In this document: in pieces, positions 10,365 to 18,411 of the stretch
Position numbering within the stretch: position 1 is the stretch's first letter
Layout of the letters: each line of letters begins with the position of its first letter
Origin: Vicinamibacteria bacterium
GTDB taxonomy: Bacteria > Acidobacteriota > Vicinamibacteria > Marinacidobacterales > Marinacidobacteraceae
DNA length: 64,000 nucleotides
Assembly (NCBI GenBank): GCA_963668695.2
Contig: CAXXLQ010000004.1
Coordinates: 2,752,001-2,816,000 of the forward strand
Direction: 5' to 3'
Translations under genes and position numbers: made by a program
The notes under the pieces: generated by a model
Told to the model about the DNA's origin: nothing
What the model saw: only the letters and a program-made list of their open reading frames with translations
Database searches by the model: none

Positions 10365-10633
10365 CAGCCGGTGGATAAAGTGGCGTGAGCGCCGAGAGCG
10401 GCAGTTCTCCCGGTGGCGGCGAGGCCCAGTTCTCCCGGTGGGGGTCCGGCTGACAAGGCGCGCGAGGGAGGAGCCCCCACCGGGAGAACTGGCCCGGGTG
10501 TATTTCGACCGAAGCGCAACGATGAACGACGCGAAGCGGAGTGTTTCAGCCGGGGCCCCCACCGGGAGAACTGGGGATCGCCGCTCGAGCCCCCACCGGG
10601 AGAACTGGGCCGCGTGACTTTGTCCACAGGCTG
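10365..10633 (-). mobile_element. MITE family A copy 2 (269 bp) with five nested 21-mers
   Basis: TIRs CAGCCGGTGG / CCACAGGCTG; flanks CTGG/CTAG; right flank supplies the apt stop codon. Confidence 0.9.
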
Positions 10634-11191
10634 CTAGGGGTAGTCCAGCACGGTATGGAGCGCAGCGCCGAGTTCCTCCAGCCGGCGCCGGCCGCCAAGC
10701 GCGGGCAGGGCGAGCAGGAACGAAAAGCCGGCCACCTCCGCACCGAGTCGCCGGCAGAGGCGGAACGCGGCGGCCGCGGTGCCGCCGGTTGCGAGCACGT
10801 CGTCCACGATGAGAACGCGCTGGCCCGCGACCAGAGCGTCCGAGTGCACCTCGAGGGAGGCCGTGCCGTATTCGAGTTCGTAGTCCTCGGAAAGGCTGGC
10901 CGCGGGCAGCTTTCCCGGCTTGCGGAGCAGAACCAGACCACTCCCGAGGCCAAGCGCCACTCCGGCCCCGAAGAGAAAACCGCGGCTCTCGATCCCCGCG
11001 ACCGCATCCAGCCCGGACTGTGCGAACGGGGAGGACATCGCCGCGACGGCTTCCCGGAATGCCCCGGAGTCCGCAAGCAGGGGCGTCACGTCCCGGAAGA
11101 CAACCCCCGGTTCCGGGAAATCGGGAACGTCGCGGATGCGGGCTTTCAGCCGCGCGGCGAGCGCGGCCTCAGCGGATGATTCGGAAGTCAT
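10634..11191 (-). CDS. apt: adenine phosphoribosyltransferase
   Basis: PDFPEPGVVFRDVT, GIESRGF, RKPGKLP, YELEYG, VLIVDDVLATGGT. Confidence 0.95.
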   Translation of the reverse strand: MTSESSAEAALAARLKARIRDVPDFPEPGVVFRDVTPLLADSGAFREAVAAMSSPFAQSGLDAVAGIESRGFLFGAGVALGLGSGLVLLRKPGKLPAASLSEDYELEYGTASLEVHSDALVAGQRVLIVDDVLATGGTAAAAFRLCRRLGAEVAGFSFLLALPALGGRRRLEELGAALHTVLDYP

Positions 11192-11456
11192 TTGGCCGCT
11201 TGGCCGGTTCCGGCGCCTCAGCGGCGTCCGCCAGGATGGAATTCACTCGTCCGGGCGTCTCGGTCCGAAGCGCGCGTTCGAAACCGTCCAGGACTTCCGG
11301 AGCGCCGTAGGCGTCGATTCCCACGCTCCCGTCCGACCGGTTCCAGACCGTGCCGGTGATCCCGAACGAACGGGCGAGACGGGCCGTGGCCCACCGGAAG
11401 CCGACCCCCTGCACGAACCCGGAAACCCCGTAGCGTCGAGCGATCTGGTCTCCCAC
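11169..11456 (-). CDS. acyP: acylphosphatase
   Basis: VSGFVQGVGFR and GTVWNRSDGSV signatures. Confidence 0.9.
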   Translation of the reverse strand: MGDQIARRYGVSGFVQGVGFRWATARLARSFGITGTVWNRSDGSVGIDAYGAPEVLDGFERALRTETPGRVNSILADAAEAPEPAKRPNDFRIIR

Positions 11457-11461
11457 CGCGC

Positions 11462-12640
11462 TCAGCGAAGCGTCTCGAACGCGCCTTCGAGGTCTCCCAG
11501 CAGGTCGGCGATGTCCTCGACTCCCACCGAGAGACGCACCAGCCCGTCGCCGATGCCGATGGCGCGGCGCATCGGTTCGGGAATGGAGGCGTGGGTCATG
11601 GTGGCGGGATGGTTCGCCAGGCTTTCGACACCCCCGAGGCTCTCGGCGATGTGGAAGATGTGCAGCGCCTCCATGACCTTCCGGGCGCGGGCCATGGTCC
11701 GGACGTCGAAGGAGAGCATGCCGCCGAACCCGCTCATTTGGCGGCAGGCCAGTTCGTGTCCCGGATGGCCGGGCAGTCCGGGGTAGTAGACCGCGGCGAC
11801 CTCCGAATGCCCGGCGAGCATCCGCGCGATCTCCCCAGCGTTGGTGTCGTGCCGCTCCATCCGCAGCGCGAGCGTCTTGGAACTCCGCAGGAGGAGCCAG
11901 GAATCGAACGGCGACAAAATCGCACCCGCGGCGTTTTGGAGGTATTTGAAGCGGGACAGGTGCTCGGGGTCGCGCGCCACCAGGATTCCGCCGACGCCAT
12001 CGCTATGTCCGTTCAGGTACTTGGTGGAGGAGTGGACCACGATGTCGGCCCCCAACTCGAGGGGCCGCTGGAAATAGGGGGACATGAAGGTGTTGTCCAC
12101 CACCACCACGGCGCCTACGGAGCGAGCGGCCGCCGAGAGAGCCTCGAGGTCCGCGATCCGCAGCAGTGGGTTCGTGGGCGTTTCGAGGAACAGCATCGCG
12201 GCCCCGGCGTCCAGTTCGCGGATCGTGCCGGCGGTGTCGCTCGTGTCCATCCAGGTGAAATCGAGTCCCCGGGGGCGCAGCACGTTCTCGCACACCCGGT
12301 AGGTGCCGCCGTAGCTGTCGTTGGTGGCGACGACCCGCCCGCCGCTCGGCACCAGCTCGAGGGCCATCACGATCGCCGCCATTCCGGAAGCGCACGCCAC
12401 CGCGCCTGCGCCTCCTTCGAGAGACGCCATGTTCGTTTCGAGCGCGTTGCGCGTCGGGTTGCCCGTTCTCGAGTACTCGTACTTGCCCGGCCGGCCCGGG
12501 GACTCCTGAATGAAGGTCGCCGACGTGACCAGGGGGACGACGACTGCCCCGGTTCCGGGGTCGGGATGCTGGCCCGCATGAATCGCGCGGGTGGCGAAGC
12601 CCGCGGAGGTGCGCTTGGGTGAGGAATCGCTGGGCGGCAA
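11462..12640 (-). CDS. cystathionine gamma-synthase/gamma-lyase (Cys/Met metabolism PLP enzyme)
   Basis: FATRAIHAGQ, YSRTGNPTR, ETPTNP, VDNTF, HSSTKYLNGHSD, ESLGGVESL; start inferred at TTG 12640. Confidence 0.9.
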   Translation of the reverse strand: MPPSDSSPKRTSAGFATRAIHAGQHPDPGTGAVVVPLVTSATFIQESPGRPGKYEYSRTGNPTRNALETNMASLEGGAGAVACASGMAAIVMALELVPSGGRVVATNDSYGGTYRVCENVLRPRGLDFTWMDTSDTAGTIRELDAGAAMLFLETPTNPLLRIADLEALSAAARSVGAVVVVDNTFMSPYFQRPLELGADIVVHSSTKYLNGHSDGVGGILVARDPEHLSRFKYLQNAAGAILSPFDSWLLLRSSKTLALRMERHDTNAGEIARMLAGHSEVAAVYYPGLPGHPGHELACRQMSGFGGMLSFDVRTMARARKVMEALHIFHIAESLGGVESLANHPATMTHASIPEPMRRAIGIGDGLVRLSVGVEDIADLLGDLEGAFETLR

Positions 12641-12694
12641 GGGCGCCGATTCTATCGGCCGTCCGGTGCCATAATCCGGGCCGGACAAGACACT

Positions 12695-13045
12695 TTGGCG
12701 GACGTGAACCCGAACACCGTTTACCGGGTGACATTCCTGAGTCAGGGAGAGGTGTACGAGCTCTATGCCCGTTCGGTCAGTCAGGGCGGGATCTTCGGGT
12801 TCGTCGAGGTCTCCGATCTGATCTTCCGGGACGAAACGAAAAAGCTCATCGATCCCTCGCGAGAGCGGATCGCGAACGAGTTCAAGGGGGTGCCCCGAAC
12901 GTTCGTGCCGCTCCACGCGGTACTCCGGATTGATCAGGTGGAACGGGAAGGGGAGGCCCGGATCACCCCGAGCACCGGGGAAACGAAGCGCGGCCAGGTC
13001 CGTCTGTTCCCCGCCCCGATACCCACGCCCGTGTCGGATTCCTGA
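12695..13045 (+). CDS. DUF1820 family protein
   Basis: YRVTFLSQGEVYELYA...FGFVEV...DPS.ER...EF.GV.R.F.P.HAV.RID pattern. Confidence 0.8.
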   Translation: MADVNPNTVYRVTFLSQGEVYELYARSVSQGGIFGFVEVSDLIFRDETKKLIDPSRERIANEFKGVPRTFVPLHAVLRIDQVEREGEARITPSTGETKRGQVRLFPAPIPTPVSDS

Positions 13046-13056
13046 ACAGCGCCCGG

Positions 13057-14784
13057 TTGGGAGCTGAGCCCGTGACTTCTCGCGCACCGGCTGGTTTTGT
13101 CGCGTTCGCGCTTGCCCTGGGCCTCATGTCATTCCCCCCCGGCGCCGGGCGCGCCGAGGCGGCCCAGCCGCCTACGGCCGCCCTGGACGAAGTGTTCAGA
13201 GAGTGGGACCGGGACGATTCTCCCGGCTGCGCGGCGGGCGCGCTCCGGCGCGGGGCGTTCGTGTTCCGCAGCGCCTATGGAATGGCGAACCTGGATCACA
13301 CGGTCCCGCTCACCCCGGATTCGATCTTCCGGATGGCCTCGGTGTCCAAACAGTTCACGGCGGCGGCGGTGCTGGTCGCCGAGGATCAGGGGCTGCTTTC
13401 GCTCGAAGATCCGCTGCGGAAACATTTTCCCGACCTCCCGGACTGGGCCGATCCGGTCCGGATCAGGCATCTGATCCATCACACCAGCGGCATTCGCGAC
13501 TACCTGGTGGTCATGGCGCTGCGCGGCCTGGGGGACGACGCCTACTACACCGATGCCGACGTGCTGCAGGCGCTCCGCCAACTCGAACGGCTGAACTTCG
13601 AACCCGGCAGCGAGTACCTCTATTCCAACTCCGGCTACTGGCTGCTGGCCCGGTTGATCCACCGGACCTCGGGGAAAACCCTCCGGGAATTCGCGGCGGA
13701 GCACCTTCTCGGCCCGGTCGGCATGACCGCCAGCCACTTCCACGACCGGCAACGGGAAATCGTGCCGGGGAGGGCCACCGGCTACCGGCTTCGTCCGGAG
13801 GCCGAGGGGGGCGGCTTCGAGGTGGATGCGACGACGCTCGAGATGGTGGGCGACGGCGGCCTCTACACCTCGGTGAATGAGCTCCGCCACTGGGAGCGGA
13901 TGTTTCTCGATCCCGCGGCGCTCGGGCCGGACTTGTTACATCGCCTGGTGGCTCCGGGGCGTTTCAACGACGGCTCGGTCCAGGACTACGCGGGCGGCCT
14001 CGGGCTCGGCGAGTACCGCGGGCTCGCGACGGTTTCCCACGGCGGCGGATTCGTTGGCTTTCGGACCTATGCGCTTCGTTTCCCCGAGCAGGAGTTCGCG
14101 GTCTTTGTGCTCTGCAACTCCGCGAGTGCCGATCCCGGCGAGCTCGCCCGCCGGGTCGCGGACCTCTTTCTCGCGGATCACCTGGTTTCCCCGGGGGCGG
14201 CTTCGGAATCGATCCCCTCCGAGGACGCGGGACTGTTACCCGGGAAATTCTGGGAGCGCGCCTCCCGATCGCTCGCCTCCATCGAGCGGAAAAATGATGG
14301 CGACGGGGGCGGTCTCTTTTTGATCAGGGGCGGCGCTCGAACGCCGCTGTCCGTCGTCGAGGGTGAGCTGTCGGGGTTCGCCGGGGAACCGCGGCTCCGC
14401 CTCGAATTGCAGCCGGACGGCTTCATTCTCCGGCAGCCGGGACAGCGCGACTTCCGCTACGCCCGGGTCGAACCGTACGGGCGGGAGCAGGGGGAACCCG
14501 CGTTCGACGAGATGGTGGGGCTAACGGGATCCTTCCGCTGTCGGGAACTGGGCGTGACCTACGAGGTGCGTCCCGACGCGCGGCCGGGGCTCACCCTGGT
14601 CGGCGCCGGCGAGGAGCGGGCTCTGGAGCCGGTGTTCGTGGACCCGGAGGGGTCCTCGCCGGTGTACGCCTGGGACGGCGGTACCGTGCGTTTCCTCCCC
14701 GATCCCGATCCGGGCGAAGACCGCGCCCGGGGGTTTGAACTGTCGGCGGGGCGGGCCCGCGGGTTCTTGTTCGTGCGGGAGTAA
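13057..14784 (+). CDS. secreted serine hydrolase (beta-lactamase/AmpC-like family)
   Basis: Signal peptide, SVSK (SxxK), HTSG, YSN, HGG motifs. Confidence 0.85.
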   Translation: MGAEPVTSRAPAGFVAFALALGLMSFPPGAGRAEAAQPPTAALDEVFREWDRDDSPGCAAGALRRGAFVFRSAYGMANLDHTVPLTPDSIFRMASVSKQFTAAAVLVAEDQGLLSLEDPLRKHFPDLPDWADPVRIRHLIHHTSGIRDYLVVMALRGLGDDAYYTDADVLQALRQLERLNFEPGSEYLYSNSGYWLLARLIHRTSGKTLREFAAEHLLGPVGMTASHFHDRQREIVPGRATGYRLRPEAEGGGFEVDATTLEMVGDGGLYTSVNELRHWERMFLDPAALGPDLLHRLVAPGRFNDGSVQDYAGGLGLGEYRGLATVSHGGGFVGFRTYALRFPEQEFAVFVLCNSASADPGELARRVADLFLADHLVSPGAASESIPSEDAGLLPGKFWERASRSLASIERKNDGDGGGLFLIRGGARTPLSVVEGELSGFAGEPRLRLELQPDGFILRQPGQRDFRYARVEPYGREQGEPAFDEMVGLTGSFRCRELGVTYEVRPDARPGLTLVGAGEERALEPVFVDPEGSSPVYAWDGGTVRFLPDPDPGEDRARGFELSAGRARGFLFVRE

Positions 14785-14790
14785 GGGATC

Positions 14791-15423
14791 GTGTTTCGGA
14801 TCCCCCCGCGGGCGCTCGCCGTGTTCGTGGCGCGGGGTGTGCTGGGTCTCGTGTTCTTCATGGCGGGCTGGTGGAAGGTGTTCGAGATGGGAGCCTTGGA
14901 ACACGCACGATCTCTCTTCGTGGGGCCGTACGCGGAGAGCTGGCTGCCGGCGTGGGCGCTTTGGGCGCTAGCAGCCTGTGGCGAAACCCAGGGCGGCGTT
15001 CGGCCGGCGATCCATCCCGGCTGACCGCGTCGCTTCGCGCCGCTCATCGTTGCGTTTCGGTCGAAATACACCCGGTATTCCTCCCTCACGCGCCTTGTCA
15101 GCCGGGCGCCTCCCCGGCCTCGGCGCTCACCCGGGTTCCACTACAGGCTGCTGAGGACAGCGGTGCCGTTCGTGGAGCTCATCGCCGGGGGGTTGATGCT
15201 GGCCGGGTGGATGCGGTGGCCGGCAGCGCTCGGACTCGGGGGAGTGCTGATCCTGGTGACCTTCGGGCATCTGCTGGCGGAGCCGCTCTTTGCCTTCAAC
15301 GCGCATGTGATTCCGCGCACACTCTTGCTGGTCTTGGTGCTCGCGCTCTTCGAGGAGGACCGCTGGAGCGTGGATGGATCGCTCGCGCGGCGCCGGGCGG
15401 CGAAACAAGCGCAGAATCGCTGA
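14791..15423 (+). pseudogene. DoxX-family membrane protein interrupted by an in-frame MITE
   Basis: ARGVLGLVFFMAGWWK N-terminus and PFVELIAGGL C-terminus are in the same frame, separated by a 183-bp insertion containing TGA 15022-15024. Confidence 0.8.
14972..15150 (+). mobile_element. MITE family A copy 3 (inside doxX)
   Basis: TIRs CAGCCTGTGG / CTACAGGCTG; flanks CTAG/CTGA. Confidence 0.9.
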
Positions 15424-15846
15424 CCGGTCGCCCCGCGGACTGACCGGGCGCGAAGCCGATCCGGCGGTATTTTTGGAACCACTTGGGCATGATGGACAGT
15501 TTCCCGGACTCGGTGAGCGATGCGGACATCGCTCAGCTTCTCGAACCCGTCGCGCTGTTGGACGAGAAAATCGAAGAGCAGATCGGCTGTCGGATCGTGG
15601 AGGTGGGCGAGGTGATTCCGGTGCCCGATGGAGCACCGCAGGGGTGGAACGAGGACGAGCAGCGATACCGGCGCACTTGCCCGGTCCTTGCGGACGAAGC
15701 CCAGATTCTTGGCTTCTACCTGGACGACGAGAACCACGGGTCCCCGAAGGCACCGGGGCAAGCCAATTCCTCATGTGGGACCTTCAGCTACTTGCGGCCC
15801 GTGCTCGAAATCTGGCCGTGTCCGGGGTGCGAAGTGGACGCTCTAA

Positions 15847-16067
15847 CAGCCTGTGGTGAAAGCACCCCGCACCGGCCCCGGAACGTCCCGCGCGCCGAAT
15901 CTGGGGGTTTGTGTGCGTGCGGGGCGCTTCCCCCACAGGTTGGTGGTGCGAATCGCTGCGCGATTCACTCCACCGTCTTTCGTGGGGAGGGGAAACCCCT
16001 CCCCACACCCCACCCCCGCGGCGCTGCGCGCCGCGAATGGATGCCTTCAGAGTTCCACCACAGGCTG
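15847..16067 (+). mobile_element. MITE family B (221 bp; same TIRs, unrelated interior), TSD CTAA/CTAA
   Basis: CAGCCTGTGGTGAA...TTCCACCACAGGCTG with perfect CTAA duplication at 15843-15846 and 16068-16071. Confidence 0.9.
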
Positions 16068-16162
16068 CTAACCCTTCACGAACTCCTCCACATCCTCGGC
16101 TTCGTTCACTATGGGGATCACGACAAACTCGATCAAGGGAGGGGTGTCCCAATGTTTCCCCC

Positions 16163-16222
16163 CCTGACCTGGAGCACCTGACCTGGAGCACCTGACCTGG
16201 AGCACCTGACCTGGAGCACCTG
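16163..16222 (+). repeat. 14-bp tandem repeat CCTGACCTGGAGCA x4 plus partial
   Basis: Exact units start at 16163, 16177, 16191 and 16205. Confidence 0.95.
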
Positions 16223-16323
16223 GCCGGGTGCCGGTACAGTGCTTTCGGAGGACATCGACCTCCTGCGCTGCGTCTTCCCGGAACAGTGACGCGTTCTCCG
16301 TTTCGTCAGGGGTGGGCCTTTAA

Positions 16324-16521
16324 CAGCCTGTGGCAAAACCCACGCGGCGTTCGGTCGGCGATGCATCCCGCCCGAACCACTCCGCTTCGCTCCGTTCTTC
16401 GTTGCGTTTCGGTCGAAATACACCAGGTATTCCTCCCTCACGCGCCTCGTCGGACGGGCGCCTCGCCCCCACCGGGAGAACTGGCCGACCTCGGCGCTCA
16501 CGTGAGTTTCACCACAGGCTG
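16324..16521 (+). mobile_element. MITE family A copy 4 (198 bp; one nested 21-mer)
   Basis: TIRs present; flanks TTAA/TTAG. Confidence 0.9.
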
Positions 16522-16550
16522 TTAGGTGGGTCACGGGAGACCCTGTTCAA

Positions 16551-16784
16551 CAGCCTGTGGCAAAACCCACGCGGCCCAGTTCTCCCGGTGGGGGCTCGCC
16601 CGGCGATGCATCCCGGCTGAACCTCTCCGCTTCGCTCCGTTCTGTGTTGCGTTTCGGTCGAAATACACTCGGGCCAGTTCTCCCGGTGGGGGCTCCTCCC
16701 TCACGCGCCTTGTCAGCCGGGCGCCTCGCCCCCACCGGGAGAACTGGCCGGGCTCGGCGCTCACGTGGGTTTCACCACAGGCTG
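16551..16784 (+). mobile_element. MITE family A copy 5 (234 bp; three nested 21-mers)
   Basis: TIRs present; flanks TCAA/TTAA. Confidence 0.9.
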
Positions 16785-16921
16785 TTAACGTCCGACGTGA
16801 TCCCCCGCCCACGACCGTAGCGCGGCGGCCGGGATGCTGGTAGCATGACCGTCGCAAGCAGCAGGTGACCGGAGGTTTCGTCGCGAAGCGACGGGGCCGC
16901 GTGTTGAAGGGGAAGAGACTC

Positions 16922-18085
16922 ATGTCGAAACAAACTACTCGTCGCGATGTTCTCCGGCGCGGTGTCGCGCTGGCCGGGCTCGGGGCCTTCGGCGTGCCGG
17001 AATGGGCGTTTCCCGCCCTCGCGCAGGGTGAGGAGCTCGTCGAGTTCACGGACCTGCCGAAAGAGATCGTGCTGGAGCGGACGCCGGACCGCCGCATCAT
17101 CGACGTCCGGAATATCGACGGGCCGATCACGCCGGCCGACCAGTGGTTCACCACCCAGCACCACGGCCATCCGGAGATCGATCCGGACACCTACCAGTTG
17201 AAGGTGTCGGGCATGGTGAACGACACGCTCAGTCTGTCGCTGGCCGACCTCCGGGCGATGCCCAGCCGGGAGCTGGTGTTCGGGTTCGAGTGCTCGGGCA
17301 ACCGGGGCCCGTTGAACGGGTCGTCGAGCAACGGGCGCTGGACCGGCGTCCCGCTGCGGACGGTCCTCGAGCGGGCGGGCCTGCAGGATCGCGCCCGCGA
17401 GATCGTCTTCTTCGGGGCCGATCACGGCGAGGAAGAGGTGGTGTTCCGTTTCGGGACCCACAACGTCGACCAGCAGTACGGCCGTAGCCTGCCGCGGGAC
17501 AAGGCGCTGTCGGACGAGCCGCTGCTGGCCTACGCCCTGAACGGCGAACCGCTGACCGTGCACCAGGGCCGTCCGCTCCGGCTGCTGGTCCCCGGCTGGT
17601 ACGGCGCGCCGAACGTCAAGTTCCTCTCCGGGATCCACGTGCAGGAGGACCCCTATCTCGGCAAGTACCAGGCGCGCTGGTACCGCACCCTGAAGGGGGA
17701 GATGATCAACGGCGAGATGAAGTGGGTCGAGACCGCGATCACGAAGATGCGGCTGAAGTCGTACATCGCCCGGGTGACGAAGGTGGGCGACCACCACCGC
17801 GTCTTCGGGGTGATCATGCACGACGGCACTCCCATCGAGTCGGTCGAGGTGCGGGTGGACGACGGTCCGTGGCAGGCCGCGACCCTCGACCCCACCATGA
17901 CCGAGAAGTACTCGTGGAAGTTCTTCACGTACGACTGGCGCGGGGCGACGCCGGGCGAGCACACCGTCACCTCGCGCGCCACCGACGTGAGCGGCTACCG
18001 GCAGCCGACGGCCGAGGAGCTCGAGGTCAAGCGGACCCGCCTCGAGCAGAACAACCAGCATCCGCGGACGCTGATCATCGCCTGA
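16922..18085 (+). CDS. Tat-exported sulfite-oxidase-family molybdoenzyme
   Basis: TRRDVL twin-arginine signal, FECSGN Mo-ligand Cys, WTGVPL, HQGRPLRLLVPGWYG, C-terminal Ig-like dimerisation domain. Confidence 0.9.
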   Translation: MSKQTTRRDVLRRGVALAGLGAFGVPEWAFPALAQGEELVEFTDLPKEIVLERTPDRRIIDVRNIDGPITPADQWFTTQHHGHPEIDPDTYQLKVSGMVNDTLSLSLADLRAMPSRELVFGFECSGNRGPLNGSSSNGRWTGVPLRTVLERAGLQDRAREIVFFGADHGEEEVVFRFGTHNVDQQYGRSLPRDKALSDEPLLAYALNGEPLTVHQGRPLRLLVPGWYGAPNVKFLSGIHVQEDPYLGKYQARWYRTLKGEMINGEMKWVETAITKMRLKSYIARVTKVGDHHRVFGVIMHDGTPIESVEVRVDDGPWQAATLDPTMTEKYSWKFFTYDWRGATPGEHTVTSRATDVSGYRQPTAEELEVKRTRLEQNNQHPRTLIIA

Positions 18086-18182
18086 CGGAGGGCGCCGGCG
18101 CTCCGTTGTCCTTCCGGCGGCCCTGCGGACACGTTCTGCGGGCCGTCGTCGCTTGCGCGCCATGGCGAGCGTGGGGCTGGGG

Positions 18183-18326
18183 GAGCCGCTCTTCGCCTTC
18201 GACGTGCACGTAGTGCCGCGGACGGTATTGCTGGTCGTGGTAATGGCGCTCTTCGAGGAGGACCGCTGGAGCGTGGATGGATGGCTCTCGCGCCGCCGGG
18301 CCGCGAGGGCAGGCCAGGATCGCTAA
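18183..18326 (+). pseudogene. diverged duplicate of the doxX 3' end
   Basis: EPLFAFDVHVVPRTVLLVVVMALFEEDRWSVDGWLSRRRA...* aligns with 15280-15423 (EPLFAFNAHVIPRTLLLVLVLALFEEDRWSVDGSLARRRA...*). Confidence 0.85.
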
Positions 18327-18411
18327 CCGTCGGCCCCCCGATATTCTTCGGACTCCGTGGGGCGGTTGGGCCCCACCTCGTTCCCCCAGCCCGGCTTCGA
18401 CCATCTTGACC

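Larger units (their letters stand above)
15483..16289 (+). pseudogene. metzincin-like Zn metalloprotease remnant, with in-frame MITE and a VNTR-derived stop
   Basis: HELLHILGFVH (HExxHxxGxxH), downstream Met-turn-like GVPMFPP, C-terminus LSEDIDLLRCVF in the same frame; 5' end looks truncated. Confidence 0.65.

Noticed and set aside
10400-10609. CRISPR array of 21-bp repeats
   Set aside because: Copies are in both orientations with irregular spacing, the 'spacers' are conserved MITE sequence, and there are no cas genes in the window
10196-10640. tRNA-Arg as an integration site for an island
   Set aside because: No integrase and no duplicated tRNA 3' end seen in the window; flanking genes are housekeeping
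15022-15024. Selenocysteine TGA in doxX
   Set aside because: The TGA lies inside the MITE, arises from a local +1/-1 change, and is not at a conserved Cys position
16163-16222. CRISPR-like repeat
   Set aside because: Head-to-tail 14-mers with no spacers; a simple VNTR
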